A stretch of 64,000 nt of DNA, taken from the NCBI GenBank assembly GCA_004431415.1, contig QPMI01000580.1:31002-95001 (forward strand), given 5' to 3'. Under the pieces are notes generated by a model, which saw only the letters and a program-made list of their open reading frames with translations, did not search any database and was not told where the DNA came from. Positions 47,356 to 58,803 of this stretch are shown in pieces; within the stretch, counting starts at the first letter, position 1; the number at the start of each line of letters is the position of its first letter. The stretch comes from Cyanophora paradoxa CCMP329 (taxonomy: Eukaryota > Plantae > Glaucophyta). The translations under genes and the position numbers were made by a program.

Positions 47356-47730
47356 ATGGAACTCGAACTCGAAACGGCAGAGGAAGAGTTAAATCTAGAA
47401 GACTGTTGGCCAGGCAGGAGTCAACTCACCCCAAGTCACTGCATCAGCTTTGGTATTTTTAAAGGAGCCTCCTACCTGTGGATCGCGACATCACGTCCAG
47501 AATATACAAGTTGGTTGCTCAAACAGTCCTGGCTACCGACTTTCGATCGCGCTGCTTTTTTACGCGCACAAAGCGCAATAGAGCCGAAGTCGTTCCAGAG
47601 GCTTTGTCAACAGCATAAACGCGGTCCGCGCTCACGCCTTCATATATCAAAACCTGAAACGAATGACCCCATTCAACGAAAAGACGCATTAGATTTGCTC
47701 GACTCGCTCCGGCATTATATTCGTCGAAGC
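47356..47730 (+). CDS. FGxxKG-motif protein of A1 (3' end runs into element B)
   Basis: Homolog of A2 40592-40209. Confidence 0.65.
47519..47730 (-). pseudogene. 3' fragment of the A1 packaging ATPase
   Basis: FDEYNAGASRANLMRLF...; homology to the A2 ATPase stops at ~47730. Confidence 0.85.
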
Positions 47731-47737
47731 AAGTGTT

Positions 47738-47810
47738 ACACATATGAATATTCATATTTTAATCCCTCGGCGTTCCGCCTCAGGATTAAAATATGAATAT
47801 TCATATGTGT
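47738..47810. repeat. Perfect 28-bp inverted repeat (hairpin) at the left end of B
   Basis: ACACATATGAATATTCATATTTTAATCC-N17-GGATTAAAATATGAATATTCATATGTGT. Confidence 0.95.
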
Positions 47811-48089
47811 GATTCGATGTTATATCAATAAAATCGATTAATTTATTTGAATTTTCACATGAATTTTCATATTTTTAAATGCATTTTCAATTAATTTAAT
47901 CGATGTTATATCGATAAACTCGATTAATCGATATTGTATCTTAATTGTAGTTAATCGGAATTATATCAATAACTTCGATTGATCTTAATTGAATCCTAAA
48001 TGAATCTAATCGGAATTATATCAATAAATTCGATTAAATCATGTTCTTTTCCGATTAAATCAATTGAATATTTAAGTTTGTTACCATAA

Positions 48090-48525
48090 GTGGTCTAAGT
48101 TGACTCACTTTTCATAAACAATTTGAACTCTTAGTCTCCTTGAATTTCTTAAGATGACTCAACTTAGTCAACTTAGTCAACTTTGTTACCATAATCAATC
48201 AGGGTGGACTCACTTTTAGATCAACTTTGAAATTTCAAGCAAAATCAACTTGGATTTCAAAAGTGGATCTTCTAAGTGGACTCAAAATGTTCACTTTGTG
48301 ATACATGTTAGCTCAAATCCTTACTGTTTATGGTCAGGGTTGACTAAGTGGGGGGAGTTGACACATTTTTTCAAATCCTTTTTAGAAAACTTTAGGTCCC
48401 AAATATTTCCTGTGAAATTTGAGTCAACTCAACCCACTTAGTCAACCCTTGCATTGAATTCGTAACAAAATCCATATACTTTTACTACTTTTACGATTAA
48501 TATGAGTCAACCTTGAGTCCACTTA
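48090..48525. repeat. Cluster of GAGTCAAC/TTAGTCAAC/GAGTCCAC motifs in both orientations
   Basis: About a dozen copies; inverted homolog at 54800-54985. Confidence 0.8.
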
Positions 48526-48847
48526 AATATAAATATAATATAATAGGGGGAATCTAGGGCAGATGCTTAGAAACATATGAATTATTGAGCCTATGATACT
48601 TACATAGTCACGCTGGTCTCGTTGAGAGGATTCCGAATCTGTTTTTATCTTTGTGAGATGATGAGTTGGTGAAGAGATACATGCTTTTTAGTGTTTTGTA
48701 TGGGAGTTTTCGATATGACGTCATCATGACGTTGCATATGTATATGATATATATGACACACGGGCGGACTCGGGAGATTATGACGATCACGGCGATGTGT
48801 TAATTGTCATATTGTTTATGTATATATGTTTGGCGCAATCTGATTGG

Positions 48848-49380
48848 TGTGCTTGAAACCACATAATTCGTGCTTTAAACCACATAATTCGTGCTTTAAA
48901 CCACATAATTCGTGCTTGAAATCACTTATTAAAAAATAATTCGTGCTTGAAATCACTAATTAAAAGATAATTCGTGCTTGAAATCACTTATTAAAAGATA
49001 ATTCGTGCTTGAAATACTTATTGAAAGATAATTCGTGCTTGAAATCACTAATTGAAAGATAATTCGTGCTTGAAATCACTAATTGAAAGATAATTCGTGC
49101 TTGAAATCACTAATTAAGAGATAATTCGTGCTTGAAATCACTAATTGAAAGATAATTCGTGCTTGAAATCACTTATTAAGAGATAATTCGTGCTTGAAAC
49201 CACTGATTAAAAGATAATTCGTGCCTAAAACCACTAATTAAAAGATAATTCGTGCTTGAAATCACTAATTGAAAGATAATTCGTGCTTGAAATCACTAAT
49301 TGATAGATAATTCGTGCTTGAAACCACTGATTAAAAGATAATTCGTGCCTGAAACCACTAATTAAAAGATAATTCGTGCT
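48848..49380. repeat. 21-bp then ~31-bp tandem array (ATAATTCGTGCTTGAAATCACTAATTGAAAG), ~18 units
   Basis: Directly visible; units vary only by point changes. Confidence 0.95.
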
Positions 49381-49382
49381 AA

Positions 49383-49482
49383 ATGAAATCGATTACATGA
49401 TATCGATTACATGAAATCGATTACGTACATGAAATCGATTGCATGAAATCGATTACATGAAATCGATTACATGAAATCGATT
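49383..49482. repeat. 14-bp tandem repeat ATGAAATCGATTAC, ~7 copies
   Basis: Directly visible. Confidence 0.9.
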
Positions 49483-49706
49483 TCCATAAAGAATAAAACA
49501 TTTCGCCGAAGTTTCGCCGAAGTTTCGGTTTTTCGATTGTCGGCATCTTCAAACGCTTGTATCTCATCACCAGATAGTCAACTTGCAGCGTTCTGCATAG
49601 CATTGTGAAGCGCTTGAGAAGATCTACACGTTGATGTGTATATCATATGCATATATGTATATCACACATACATATATTTGGAAAAAACGAGTTTTCGGCT
49701 ATGAAA

Positions 49707-51092
49707 CTAGCTAGTTTTGGTCCTTTCTCTTAGTGTTCTTTGAGGTTTAGGGGCTGTATATGACTCCTTAGTAGTCTGAAAGTCATTATACCATCTCTGG
49801 CTATTCACTTCTGAAAGTTTCTGTGTCCCTGCTATAGTGAGCTTTTTGAGTTCCCTGCTAACTTTTCCAGCCTTCTCCTTCCTAGCCTCTATCAAAGGCT
49901 TATCTGGGACTTCATTAGCAGCTTCTATGCCTTCTCTCCTTATAGCAGCATCAACCCTAGCTTCCTCCTTGGCTTGCTCTAAGGCATCCACTGTAGGGGT
50001 TTCTAGATATTCAACTGCATTCACAGGCAACAGCTCATGGAAAGCAAACCTGTTTTCTATGATCTCACCATTGGGACTCCTTAGCTTAAACTTAAAGCCT
50101 TCCCTACTATCAACTGTGTAAACCATCCTAGACCAATTGTTACCCTGTTTAGCAAAGGGGTTCTTCTCAACTTTCACTCTAACAAACATGCCAGGCTGCA
50201 TGGTATCAAGGTAAGCTATTGATTTCTTGAATCTCTCATCTTCTAATCCCACTATATACCTATAATGCTCCTCTGTAGTTTCGCCTGGCTTCATCTTAGT
50301 AGCTGAGTGAACTGTATTATTGTAATTATACTCAATATCACCTAACACATCAAAGAATCTAGCTGTGTTATTAGCTATGCAATAGTTTGTGATCAGTCTC
50401 TTAATCTGCTTGTTAAAGGCTTCAATTCGACCTTGGCTTCTATGGTCAGCAGTTCCACTCACTTGGTGTTCTATGAATTTACTAGATAAATATTCCTGGA
50501 ATATTCGATTTTGGAACTCACTCCCAGCATCTGATTGAACCTTTACTATGGGTCTTGCTACTCTCATCTCAAGCTGTTTAAATGCAGCCAATGTAGTGAG
50601 AGCTGATTTATCCCTTATAGGTATGATATACCCAGTTCTCAGTGTTGATTCCATTGCAGTCATAAATGTATCATAGCCATTGTTTTGTTTCTTATAAGCT
50701 GGGAAAAAGAGCAAATCAATCACATAGGTATCAAGGGGTTGCCTAATTGGGACCATGGGATCTCTCTTCCTAGATATAGCAGGTGCATTGATCTGAACTA
50801 CCTCTTGTTTTTTATAGAACTCTTGCAACTGCTTATAGGATTCATCTGGTAACTCAGCCCTCATAGCTTGAAGCCCTTTGTAACCAGTTCTCACATCATA
50901 GAATCTCTTGGCAATCTTGCTGGTTTCTTTCACTGCAATAGCAACTGGGATCTCTACTGGGACAAGCTCTTTCATCTCAGACTTTTTAACAATTCGAGAT
51001 TCCCCTTTTTCCTCCTTTGGAATTGTGATAGGCAACAGGTTACCTTGCAGTTGCTCAGTGGTTCTTCTAACTATTCTTCCAGTTGCTGGCAT
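49707..51092 (-). CDS. rve-type DDE integrase (B, intact)
   Basis: YVIDLL, VQSDAGSEF, GRIEAFNKQIK, YNNTVHSATKMKP, FVRV..NWS..VYTV. Confidence 0.93.
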   Translation of the reverse strand: MPATGRIVRRTTEQLQGNLLPITIPKEEKGESRIVKKSEMKELVPVEIPVAIAVKETSKIAKRFYDVRTGYKGLQAMRAELPDESYKQLQEFYKKQEVVQINAPAISRKRDPMVPIRQPLDTYVIDLLFFPAYKKQNNGYDTFMTAMESTLRTGYIIPIRDKSALTTLAAFKQLEMRVARPIVKVQSDAGSEFQNRIFQEYLSSKFIEHQVSGTADHRSQGRIEAFNKQIKRLITNYCIANNTARFFDVLGDIEYNYNNTVHSATKMKPGETTEEHYRYIVGLEDERFKKSIAYLDTMQPGMFVRVKVEKNPFAKQGNNWSRMVYTVDSREGFKFKLRSPNGEIIENRFAFHELLPVNAVEYLETPTVDALEQAKEEARVDAAIRREGIEAANEVPDKPLIEARKEKAGKVSRELKKLTIAGTQKLSEVNSQRWYNDFQTTKESYTAPKPQRTLRERTKTS

Positions 51093-51095
51093 CTC

Positions 51096-54000
51096 TTAAT
51101 TAAAAGGAACAGAATTAATACCATCTGGTAAGATGTATCTCTTTGCATCAAAGCAGTTTAGGGCAACCCTTCTACTCACAGTATCTATTATTGTGTGATC
51201 TGCCCTTCTCTTCTGCTTTGCAGTCACAGTCTTGCTGATACCTGCAAATAAACACTCCTTAAAATCATTAAATTGGAGTTCCTCAGTTGAAGTCCCAGAG
51301 AGCTTACTCCTCTCAATCTCAGCAGTTCTGAAACTGTAAACTTTGGCTCTGAGACCCACATACTCCAATATAGCAGAACCTGGCATCTCATTTTTGTATT
51401 TACCTGGGTCATTCTGGAATCACCTCCAAGGTCTAATGCATAGGATATATTCTCTATATCTTTTTGTAAGGTCTTAGATTCAATATATAGACAGAAGGAG
51501 TCAGTATCATGGAATAGTAACTTTGCTTTTGTCCATTGGGACCTTACAGTATCATAGAAGAACTGGTAATTATGCAGTTTGGCTGCATCCAAAACATAAG
51601 CCCCAATTGCAACAGGCTTATCTAGTTTCACATGCTTTGTGTAAAACTCAAAAGCAACTGCTTTTTCGTTTATGGGACTTGTTGATTTCACCAATGGGGA
51701 AGCTGCATATTTCATAAATAGCTTCTCAGTATTAGCAATCTTTACCACAGATCTACCTCTACATGATTCAATGCATTTCCCATAGATTGAATTATTCATC
51801 AGTTTATAGAAATCAGCCTCGAATTTATTCACTGCTTTCCTTCTCATCTCAGTGTTCAGCTCAATATAAGATTTCATTACAGGAGCCACAGTAAATGATA
51901 GGACCCTGTGAATTTTCTTTAATTTCACCCCTTTGTCCAACAGATACTGTAGGAGAGGCTCAGAAATCACATAGTTTGCCACAGAACCAAAGGTTGCAGT
52001 TAGCTTAGGGGTCTTATCAAGCTCTTCTCCTGAAAGATCCAACAGGCTCTTTTGATATTGTGATAATTCCGCATATTCTACTATTTTCTTGTTAATAATT
52101 AGGGGAAATCACTGTGGTCTAGATATAGCCTTATTGGGTATTCCAGATCAACTTCCAGGAAACTGGATCTGTTATCTTGTGGGTTGAATTCGGTCTCCCA
52201 TCTAAAATCACCAACTGGAATTGGCTGACTCAAACAGTAGCCATACAAGTTGTTAGCATCAAACAGCATTATATGGGAGTTCTCACCATCAGCCTCAGCA
52301 TACCTACAAGGCATTGTTGCAAAGCCACCCCTGATTCCCCTCTCAACAAATTCGTATTGCTCTACATCACTTATAAGCTCTATTTTTGCCTTGGTGGTCC
52401 TAAGCATAGCATCCCAAGATAACCCAGGTGCAGATACATAATGAACTGGGTCCAATCCATATACTGAGTGTGAAAGCCTTCTAAAAGCCTGGAATTTGTT
52501 CATTAACTCATCTACATCAGCAGCTCCAAAATCCATGAAATTGCTTGCATCAATGAACTTGTAAAGACCCCATTGCAATGACAGGTATTGATCAAAGTTT
52601 TTCGAAAGGATTTCGATTCGCTTTTTATCACCCATGCCTGCTATTTTTCTGAAAATGAATGTCCCACAGTCATCCATTTGGTCAACAACAACTGCAACTT
52701 TGGTTTGCTTTGAGATTCTCCTATGGAGATTGCAGTTTCTGCATGCAGGAGCAATATAATGACCTGTGTGGTGATCATGATCCCTGCATTTGAAGTTTTC
52801 TTTAGTGAACCTCTCACTGCAAAGGTAACAGTGTTTAGTAGCCCTGTAAACAGCCTTTTGCTCATCTGTGAGTTCATTCATGGGAATATTGGTAAACAGG
52901 AAGTCAATTAGCTCTCTTGCTTTGGATTCCAAGCATTCAAACAGACCTCCCATTGGATCCTGACCCTCAAATCGAAAATCTTGAACATCTGCCCCAGTGA
53001 CTATTCTAATGTTGACTGCTGAGACTTCCCTCTTGGATTTCGATGCATCTATGGGGATGCTTCTATGTTCAATCTTGCAGTAAACCACAACAGGAAGCCA
53101 AACAGTTTTCCTGAGGTTTTTCAGTCCAAACTCTATGGTGGTCTCAGGTTTTGGTGTGATTCCCTTTGAGAGTCTCCAATCAATGCATCTGTTTGAGTCC
53201 ACATGAGCAGTGAGTTTAGCCTCAGACCTGAATCGAGATAAGCATGTGTCACAGTAGTGTAACTTCTGATCATTGTATGTTTCATGGTTTACTTTCAATA
53301 GCCTTGAAAGGGACATGATTGTAATATAGTGACCATTCCCTTCATCATCAAATATCAGCATGAGATTAACCTTATGCTTTCTGCCTGGGTTACTTGATTG
53401 ATGCAGGGGATAAATAACCTCTCCATCGATTCCAAATATATTAATGCTAATGCCTGCATTTTGAGCCTCGAATTTATCAATAATATCAGCATCACAGGCA
53501 ACAGGGAATGGGATGTTATCGAAATTGAGAGCCAGCGGATTATAAGCGATTGCTGAGTATTTCCATTTGCGATATTGTGAAAGCTCATTCCTCTTATGGG
53601 AGTTTATCGCTTTTCTGTGAATATATGCCAAAATTGCATTTTCGAAGCAGGAATCATCAATATTTCGAATATTTACTGTGGCTCTCTTCCTAGCAATCCA
53701 CTCTGGGGTTTGTAGAAAGCATCCACCAGTTGGAGCATAACTCATAATAGCCACTCTGAGTATTTCAATTCTTTCTAAGCGATAGCTATCAACCACATTC
53801 ATCTGCTCCTGACACATTTGGGCTGCTTTATTCAGCTCAGTTCGAATATTTCTCGACCTGGTTAATACAAAGTAATCACTGTAAATGTATTTCGATATCC
53901 AAACCTGTGGATTGCTCACTTTAACGAACTTGCAGATAAAAGACAAGCGAACCTTGATTGCCCTGAATTGATCTAAACCCTGCTTTAATCGATTTGGAAG

Positions 54001-54291
54001 GGATGTAGCAATTCTATCCAGGAATTCAATCACATCTACAACAACTTCCCTTCTGGCTCTGTAAGTGAGCCAGCGATATAATTCATTCATGGCTGTTCCA
54101 TCTTCTGCATCTGGTTCTATTTGCCTAAGCCTATCCAATTCATCCAAGGTTTCAATTTTATCATATAGGTTATTTGCTTTTCTGGTTAATCTGCTTAAAG
54201 TGGGTCTGCCCTTTGCAATTAAATCTATTTCCCGGTCATATTCAGCCTCTGTAATTTCATGGGCTGCATAAAGTGTTCCCAGCAATCCCAT
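51096..54291 (-). CDS. Protein-primed DNA polymerase B (B), split by frameshifts, exonuclease degenerate
   Basis: Three ORFs: NIDDSCF..GHY, RDHDHHTG, LFDANNLYG; KLMNNSIYGK, HDTDS; GLRAKVYS..FDAKRYILPDGI. Confidence 0.9.
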
Positions 54292-54398
54292 GAGTTCCCA
54301 TTTCTTCTCCTTATGAGTTTGTTGGTAATTCGGGGCATTATTCCTAACTTGTTCCTATTCTAAGGGGATATTTTATTTTAGGATGTTCTAAACGCAAT

Positions 54399-54749
54399 TT
54401 AAAATGTTTTAATGGATCCACTGGCTTCCTCTGAATGGAATCGCAAAAACCTATTAATCCTAAATCGGGATTTCGGTTTTTGTAAATTGACTATCCAAGG
54501 TTCAAAGAGATACATGTAATATGCTTCTCTGTTCATTAGGTCTTCATGCCCACCCTTCTTACTTGAATACAGGACTGAGAACTTCACATCAGAAGCCTTG
54601 CATAGGTCTGCTGTAGATGGCATTTGACCTGATTTGTGTTGTCTCCATCTTTTTTGAAGTGGCTGTGAGGTTCTTCCTATGTAGACTTTGTTCATTTCCT
54701 GACTCTCAATCATATAGATGGATCCAGAATCATGATCTGTTCCAGCCAT
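54399..54749 (-). CDS. GIY-YIG endonuclease
   Basis: GSIYMI..KVYIGRT..KRWRQH..REAYY..VN. Confidence 0.9.
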   Translation of the reverse strand: MAGTDHDSGSIYMIESQEMNKVYIGRTSQPLQKRWRQHKSGQMPSTADLCKASDVKFSVLYSSKKGGHEDLMNREAYYMYLFEPWIVNLQKPKSRFRINRFLRFHSEEASGSIKTF

Positions 54750-54799
54750 TTCTTACTAGTTACATATAAATATATTTTTCTATCTCTTAAATCATTTTT

Positions 54800-54985
54800 T
54801 GGTTGACTTAGTGGGTGGAGTTGAGGCACTTTTTATTTCTTTTTAGGGCAGAGTCCTCTTTTAGAATCTGTGAAAAAATGAGTCAACTCCCCCCACTTAG
54901 TCAACCTAATCGATAAATAAACCATAAATAAAAGACTGTTTGGGTCTTTTATGATAAATTTGAGTCAACTGTGAGTCCACTTTTG
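54800..54985. promoter_or_regulatory. Iteron-like block downstream of the primase-helicase (candidate origin)
   Basis: GAGTCAAC/GTTGAC repeats; 35/36-nt inverted match to 48338-48373. Function inferred. Confidence 0.45.
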
Positions 54986-54992
54986 AGTAAAC

Positions 54993-57582
54993 CTAAACTT
55001 CAACATCAGAATCATAATCTGATGCATCAGGATCAGCAGCAGGTAGGTCCTGTTTCATCCTTGGATTAGCTTCTTCCTCAATAGTCTCATCATCTACAAG
55101 CTTCATCTTTCTGAATTCCTCAAATACTTGTGGGAATAGGAAATGATAGTATTGTTTGCCATTTGTAGTTTTCACTTGGATATATGTAACACTTCTCATT
55201 TCAGTATAATATCGGCGACTATTATAATCGTTTTTATATTTATTGCTGGTAATAAACTCCTGGAACCACTTCCAGGTTTCCACAAGGCTACCAGACTTGC
55301 ATTTATTCTCGGAAATTAAGCCTCGATCCACAAGCCACTTAGTGAACATAAGAATGATTGGAGCGCACACCTGTTGGGCTAAATAGTATTTATTTGTAAG
55401 GGGTCTATCAGCAATCCAGTTCACATCCTCACAGTCAACTTTGGTTCTCAAATAGTGGGCAATGTTTCGAATATTGCAGTGATCATTTAGCCATTTTACA
55501 AGTGGAAGGAAGTATGACCTATCCTTTGCGAATTTCTTACTAACTTCAACAACCACAAATCGCCTATCTCCAGCTTCAATTTTCACTGGAATGTTGTTAT
55601 TGCTGGTGAATATAATCCTGGCAAAGTTGCTTTTTGTGTATGAATCTATCCCTTTGTGTTCAATTACAATCTTATCAGAAGTTATGAGATCTTTGAGCAT
55701 ATCATTATTTTCGAATGTGTCCTTGCCTGAGGCTTCATTCACAACAATCAAGATCTTATCCTCTCTATTGTGGGCAAATCGACCAAACAGATCCTCTTTT
55801 GGCTTTCCAGTTGCATAACTTAGGGCATCTCCAAGTATCTTCTTTTGGAAAGTATCAACCAACACATTTTTACCAGTTCCCTGCTCACCAATGAAGATTA
55901 AGGATACTCCATTGAGTTCCCCAGGCTTTTGCAGCATGTGGGCAAACCATTTCAACAGATATTCATAGGTATTTTGATCCTCACCAGACATTAAGAACAA
56001 GTGATCTAGGAAAGGCTTAATCATCTCAGCAGTTACATCCTCTGGAGCATTTTCGAATTGCTGATGGTCGACCTTCATTCCTGGATAGAGATTAAATACA
56101 GACTTGCATTTTGCACTGAGAGTAGCAGGAGGGGAAGGAAATCCATGTAAGTTGATCTTGTGGCTGTTGGATCCACAATCCATTTCCTAAATGATTGCTC
56201 CATTTCTCTTTCTCATTATCTGTTCCCTCATTGACAATCACCTTATGCATCAAATGGGGAAATGCTTTGTAGAGAGCTTCCCAATATCTTTGGGCATCCA
56301 GCAAAGTAGTTGTTCATCCCAGAGCATCACACAACCAACATTTTCAACATGATGCATTCGAGCATTGAAATACCTCTTATGCACATTGTAATGTTCAGCC
56401 AAAGGAGGGATACTTGCAGTCTTGTAATCGATTTCATCTGTGTCCTCTGGTAGGAATGCATACTTTTTGGGAAGAGTTCCTTGAAAAGCTCATTGTTATC
56501 TTTGCTCAACCAATAAACCAAGGATTTGAAGGTCAACACTTTGCCAGGCTCAGCCTTCTTCTTGCTTCTGCGAAGCTGTGTAAACTTCTCCTGGCATTCA
56601 TCATAATCATACTTGTCACTCTGTTCTGAGAATTGGTGGAAGAGTTCAGCTTGCATTTTAGGGGTGAACTTGTTGTCTTCCCCAACATTGATGATGACCA
56701 GTCCTACATCAATCCAAGTTTTATACTCATTAGCTCTCTCACCATTCAGACCCATTATAACACTTTGTAGCAGTTCGAAAGTAACAGGATTTTCGGGTTC
56801 AGTGTCTTTTTCAGCTTCTACCTTCTCAGTCTTCACTTTATCACTTTTTGGCTCCTTTTTAACTGGTTTTGGCTCAGGGCTATAATTTGCGAATGCAGAA
56901 ATATTCGATTCATCCACAAGTTTAGTAGAAGCTGAGAAGAAAGATACAAAGAAGTCCTCATTTCGCATTAACACTTTGTCACAGTCAACGAATTTCTTAA
57001 AGCAAACGTTTTTATCAACATCTTTCTTTGATTTATTTTGAGCATCCAGAGTCTCACCTTTGCAGCAATTGAGGCAGATAAGGTTCTGTGTGGAGCTGTA
57101 AACTCCACTGTCATAATCCTCATTTTTCACCAATCCCATAGCTTTGAAAAGCTTGGGGATATCTTCATGTTTGCATGCAAGCGATTTAATGATAAAGTGG
57201 GCTGAGATCTTGAACTTGGTGACATCCTCCTTGATCAAATAAACCCTTCTATGGCGAACTGCAACAGCAATATCGTTAATCGAAGTGGTCCCAGATCGCT
57301 TCCATAGCTTATCTCTCATCTCTCTTACAACAGTTTCAGCCTCAGCATAGTTTTCAGCAATGTTCTCCTTCAAATCAGCGAATTTATCCAGGTCCAGGTA
57401 AACTCTGGTGACTTGTTCAGGCTGAATGCATTCAGCCCAGGTCTTAACCTTGCTATTATCAATGGCTTCAAGGCATCTTCAGCAGAATCAAATACATGGG
57501 TGACCTTGTTGCGATCACCAATGAGAGTACTAAGGAATGTAGCATTTTCAACAGGGGTGGCGAATTTCTCGATTTTGTTCAT
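54993..57582 (-). CDS. AEP primase - PriCT-2 - SF3-type (D5/NrS-1-like) helicase fusion, frameshifted
   Basis: RVYLDLD (read in frame upstream of 57373), KISAH, YDSGVY; PriCT-2 YKTWIDVG..FHQFS..KY; helicase GEQGTGKN, VVNE, FTSN, DRRF. Confidence 0.88.
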
Positions 57583-57800
57583 TTTCGATTTTGGGGGACT
57601 TCTACCTTTAACGAAGAAAATAATTTCGGAAGGAGGAATTGTCTTTTATATATATCCTATTATTTGCCAAGTCCTTAAGTAGTTTTGGGTCGGGATACTG
57701 TCTCGATATATAGGTACAGTTTTAAAAAAGAGGGAAGAAAGCTGTCATTTTTTTGCCTCCGATCAAATCGATTTCTACAAAATTTGTTTCGATCGAGAAT

Positions 57801-58127
57801 TTATTCTTCGATATATTTCCGAGGTCTTCCAACCGGTTTATGCTCTTTGGGTGTCTTGGGTAGTTCGTCTTTTTTCTTGTGGTAGTATTCCAGCGCTTTC
57901 GCCTTTTTCTGTTCGCGATATTCTTCATTTTCCCTGTATTTCCTCTGGTGTCTGAGGGCAATCTTTTTGAGTTCTTCTGGTGTGTGAACTGTAGCGGCTC
58001 CTTGGGATAATCGTTCCTCCTTCTTTTTATGATAGGCTTCGCGTTTTCTTTGGGCATCTTGCTCCCTTTTCAGTCTCAGCTTCTCTGCTTTTTCATCATC
58101 TGTGAGTATCTTGCGGATATTCGGCAT
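57801..58127 (-). CDS. Small Lys/Arg-rich protein with AT-hook (VGRPRKY)
   Basis: 108-aa ATG ORF. Confidence 0.7.
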   Translation of the reverse strand: MPNIRKILTDDEKAEKLRLKREQDAQRKREAYHKKKEERLSQGAATVHTPEELKKIALRHQRKYRENEEYREQKKAKALEYYHKKKDELPKTPKEHKPVGRPRKYIEE

Positions 58128-58279
58128 TTCTCTTTAATAGTAGATACGAAAATAATTTTTCCTCAATACAACCTATCTACTTTTTCTTTAAGTCATTTTT
58201 TGTTGCGAACACCAGTTCCTGTCTGTAAACTTTAATAGCTGCCTCAGTAGCATACTGAGACCGCTTTTTCTCGATTATC

Positions 58280-58525
58280 TTATAGACCTGGGGGTCCATT
58301 GCTACTATCAGTAGGCAAATAATATTTAATCGGTCTCCCTCTGGGTCTCTGCTCCTCTTTTTGGGCTTTTCTGCGATAATAGGATGCCAGGGCTTGTTGT
58401 TTCTTATACTCTCTATATGCTGGGTCCTCTCTATATCGTTTCTGCTTTGCTAGAATGTGTCTAATAGCACCCTCAGTTAAAGGCTCATCACTAGTAAACT
58501 CGATCAAACTAATTGTATCCTCCAT
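58280..58525 (-). CDS. Small basic AT-hook-like protein, paralog of 57801-58127
   Basis: QKRYREDPAYREYKKQQALASYYRRK..RPRGRPIKY resembles QRKYRENEEYREQKKAKALEYYHKKK..GRPRKY. Start at MEDTIS inferred. Confidence 0.6.
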   Translation of the reverse strand: MEDTISLIEFTSDEPLTEGAIRHILAKQKRYREDPAYREYKKQQALASYYRRKAQKEEQRPRGRPIKYYLPTDSSNGPPGL

Positions 58526-58781
58526 TAATATTTGCTGAGAAAACGTTTTCGCCTGGTAAAGAACTTCTCCTTGGATACTCCTGTTGCTCATATGTATACT
58601 CTGTGGGGTCTGCTGGCATTGACTCCACTGAAACTGTTGATCTCCTTCTCTCTCTTGCCTCAGATACATTATCCTCAGTATCTGACATCTCAAACTCTAT
58701 TGTTGTGTCACAGCATCCACTGTGGCAATTGCTCACCACATGCAGACTGAGCATCTCAATAAACTTTCGTATTATATCCAT
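58509..58781 (-). CDS. Hypothetical viral protein
   Basis: 90-aa ATG ORF co-oriented with its neighbours. Confidence 0.5.
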   Translation of the reverse strand: MDIIRKFIEMLSLHVVSNCHSGCCDTTIEFEMSDTEDNVSEARERRRSTVSVESMPADPTEYTYEQQEYPRRSSLPGENVFSANINGGYN

Positions 58782-58803
58782 GTCTCTAATAAAACAGAGA
58801 AAA

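Larger units (their letters stand above)
29363..47730 (+). mobile_element. Polinton-like virus A1 (outer copy; own sequence 29363-35619 and 47031-~47730)
   Basis: Left TIR homologous to the A2 TIRs, followed by pPolB, INT, AT-hook, split HNH-AP2, FGxYKG ORF and the ATPase 3' end, collinear with A2. Truncated by element B. Confidence 0.88.

Noticed and set aside
48848-49482. CRISPR-like array in element B
   Set aside because: The variable parts are point variants of one sequence, not distinct spacers.
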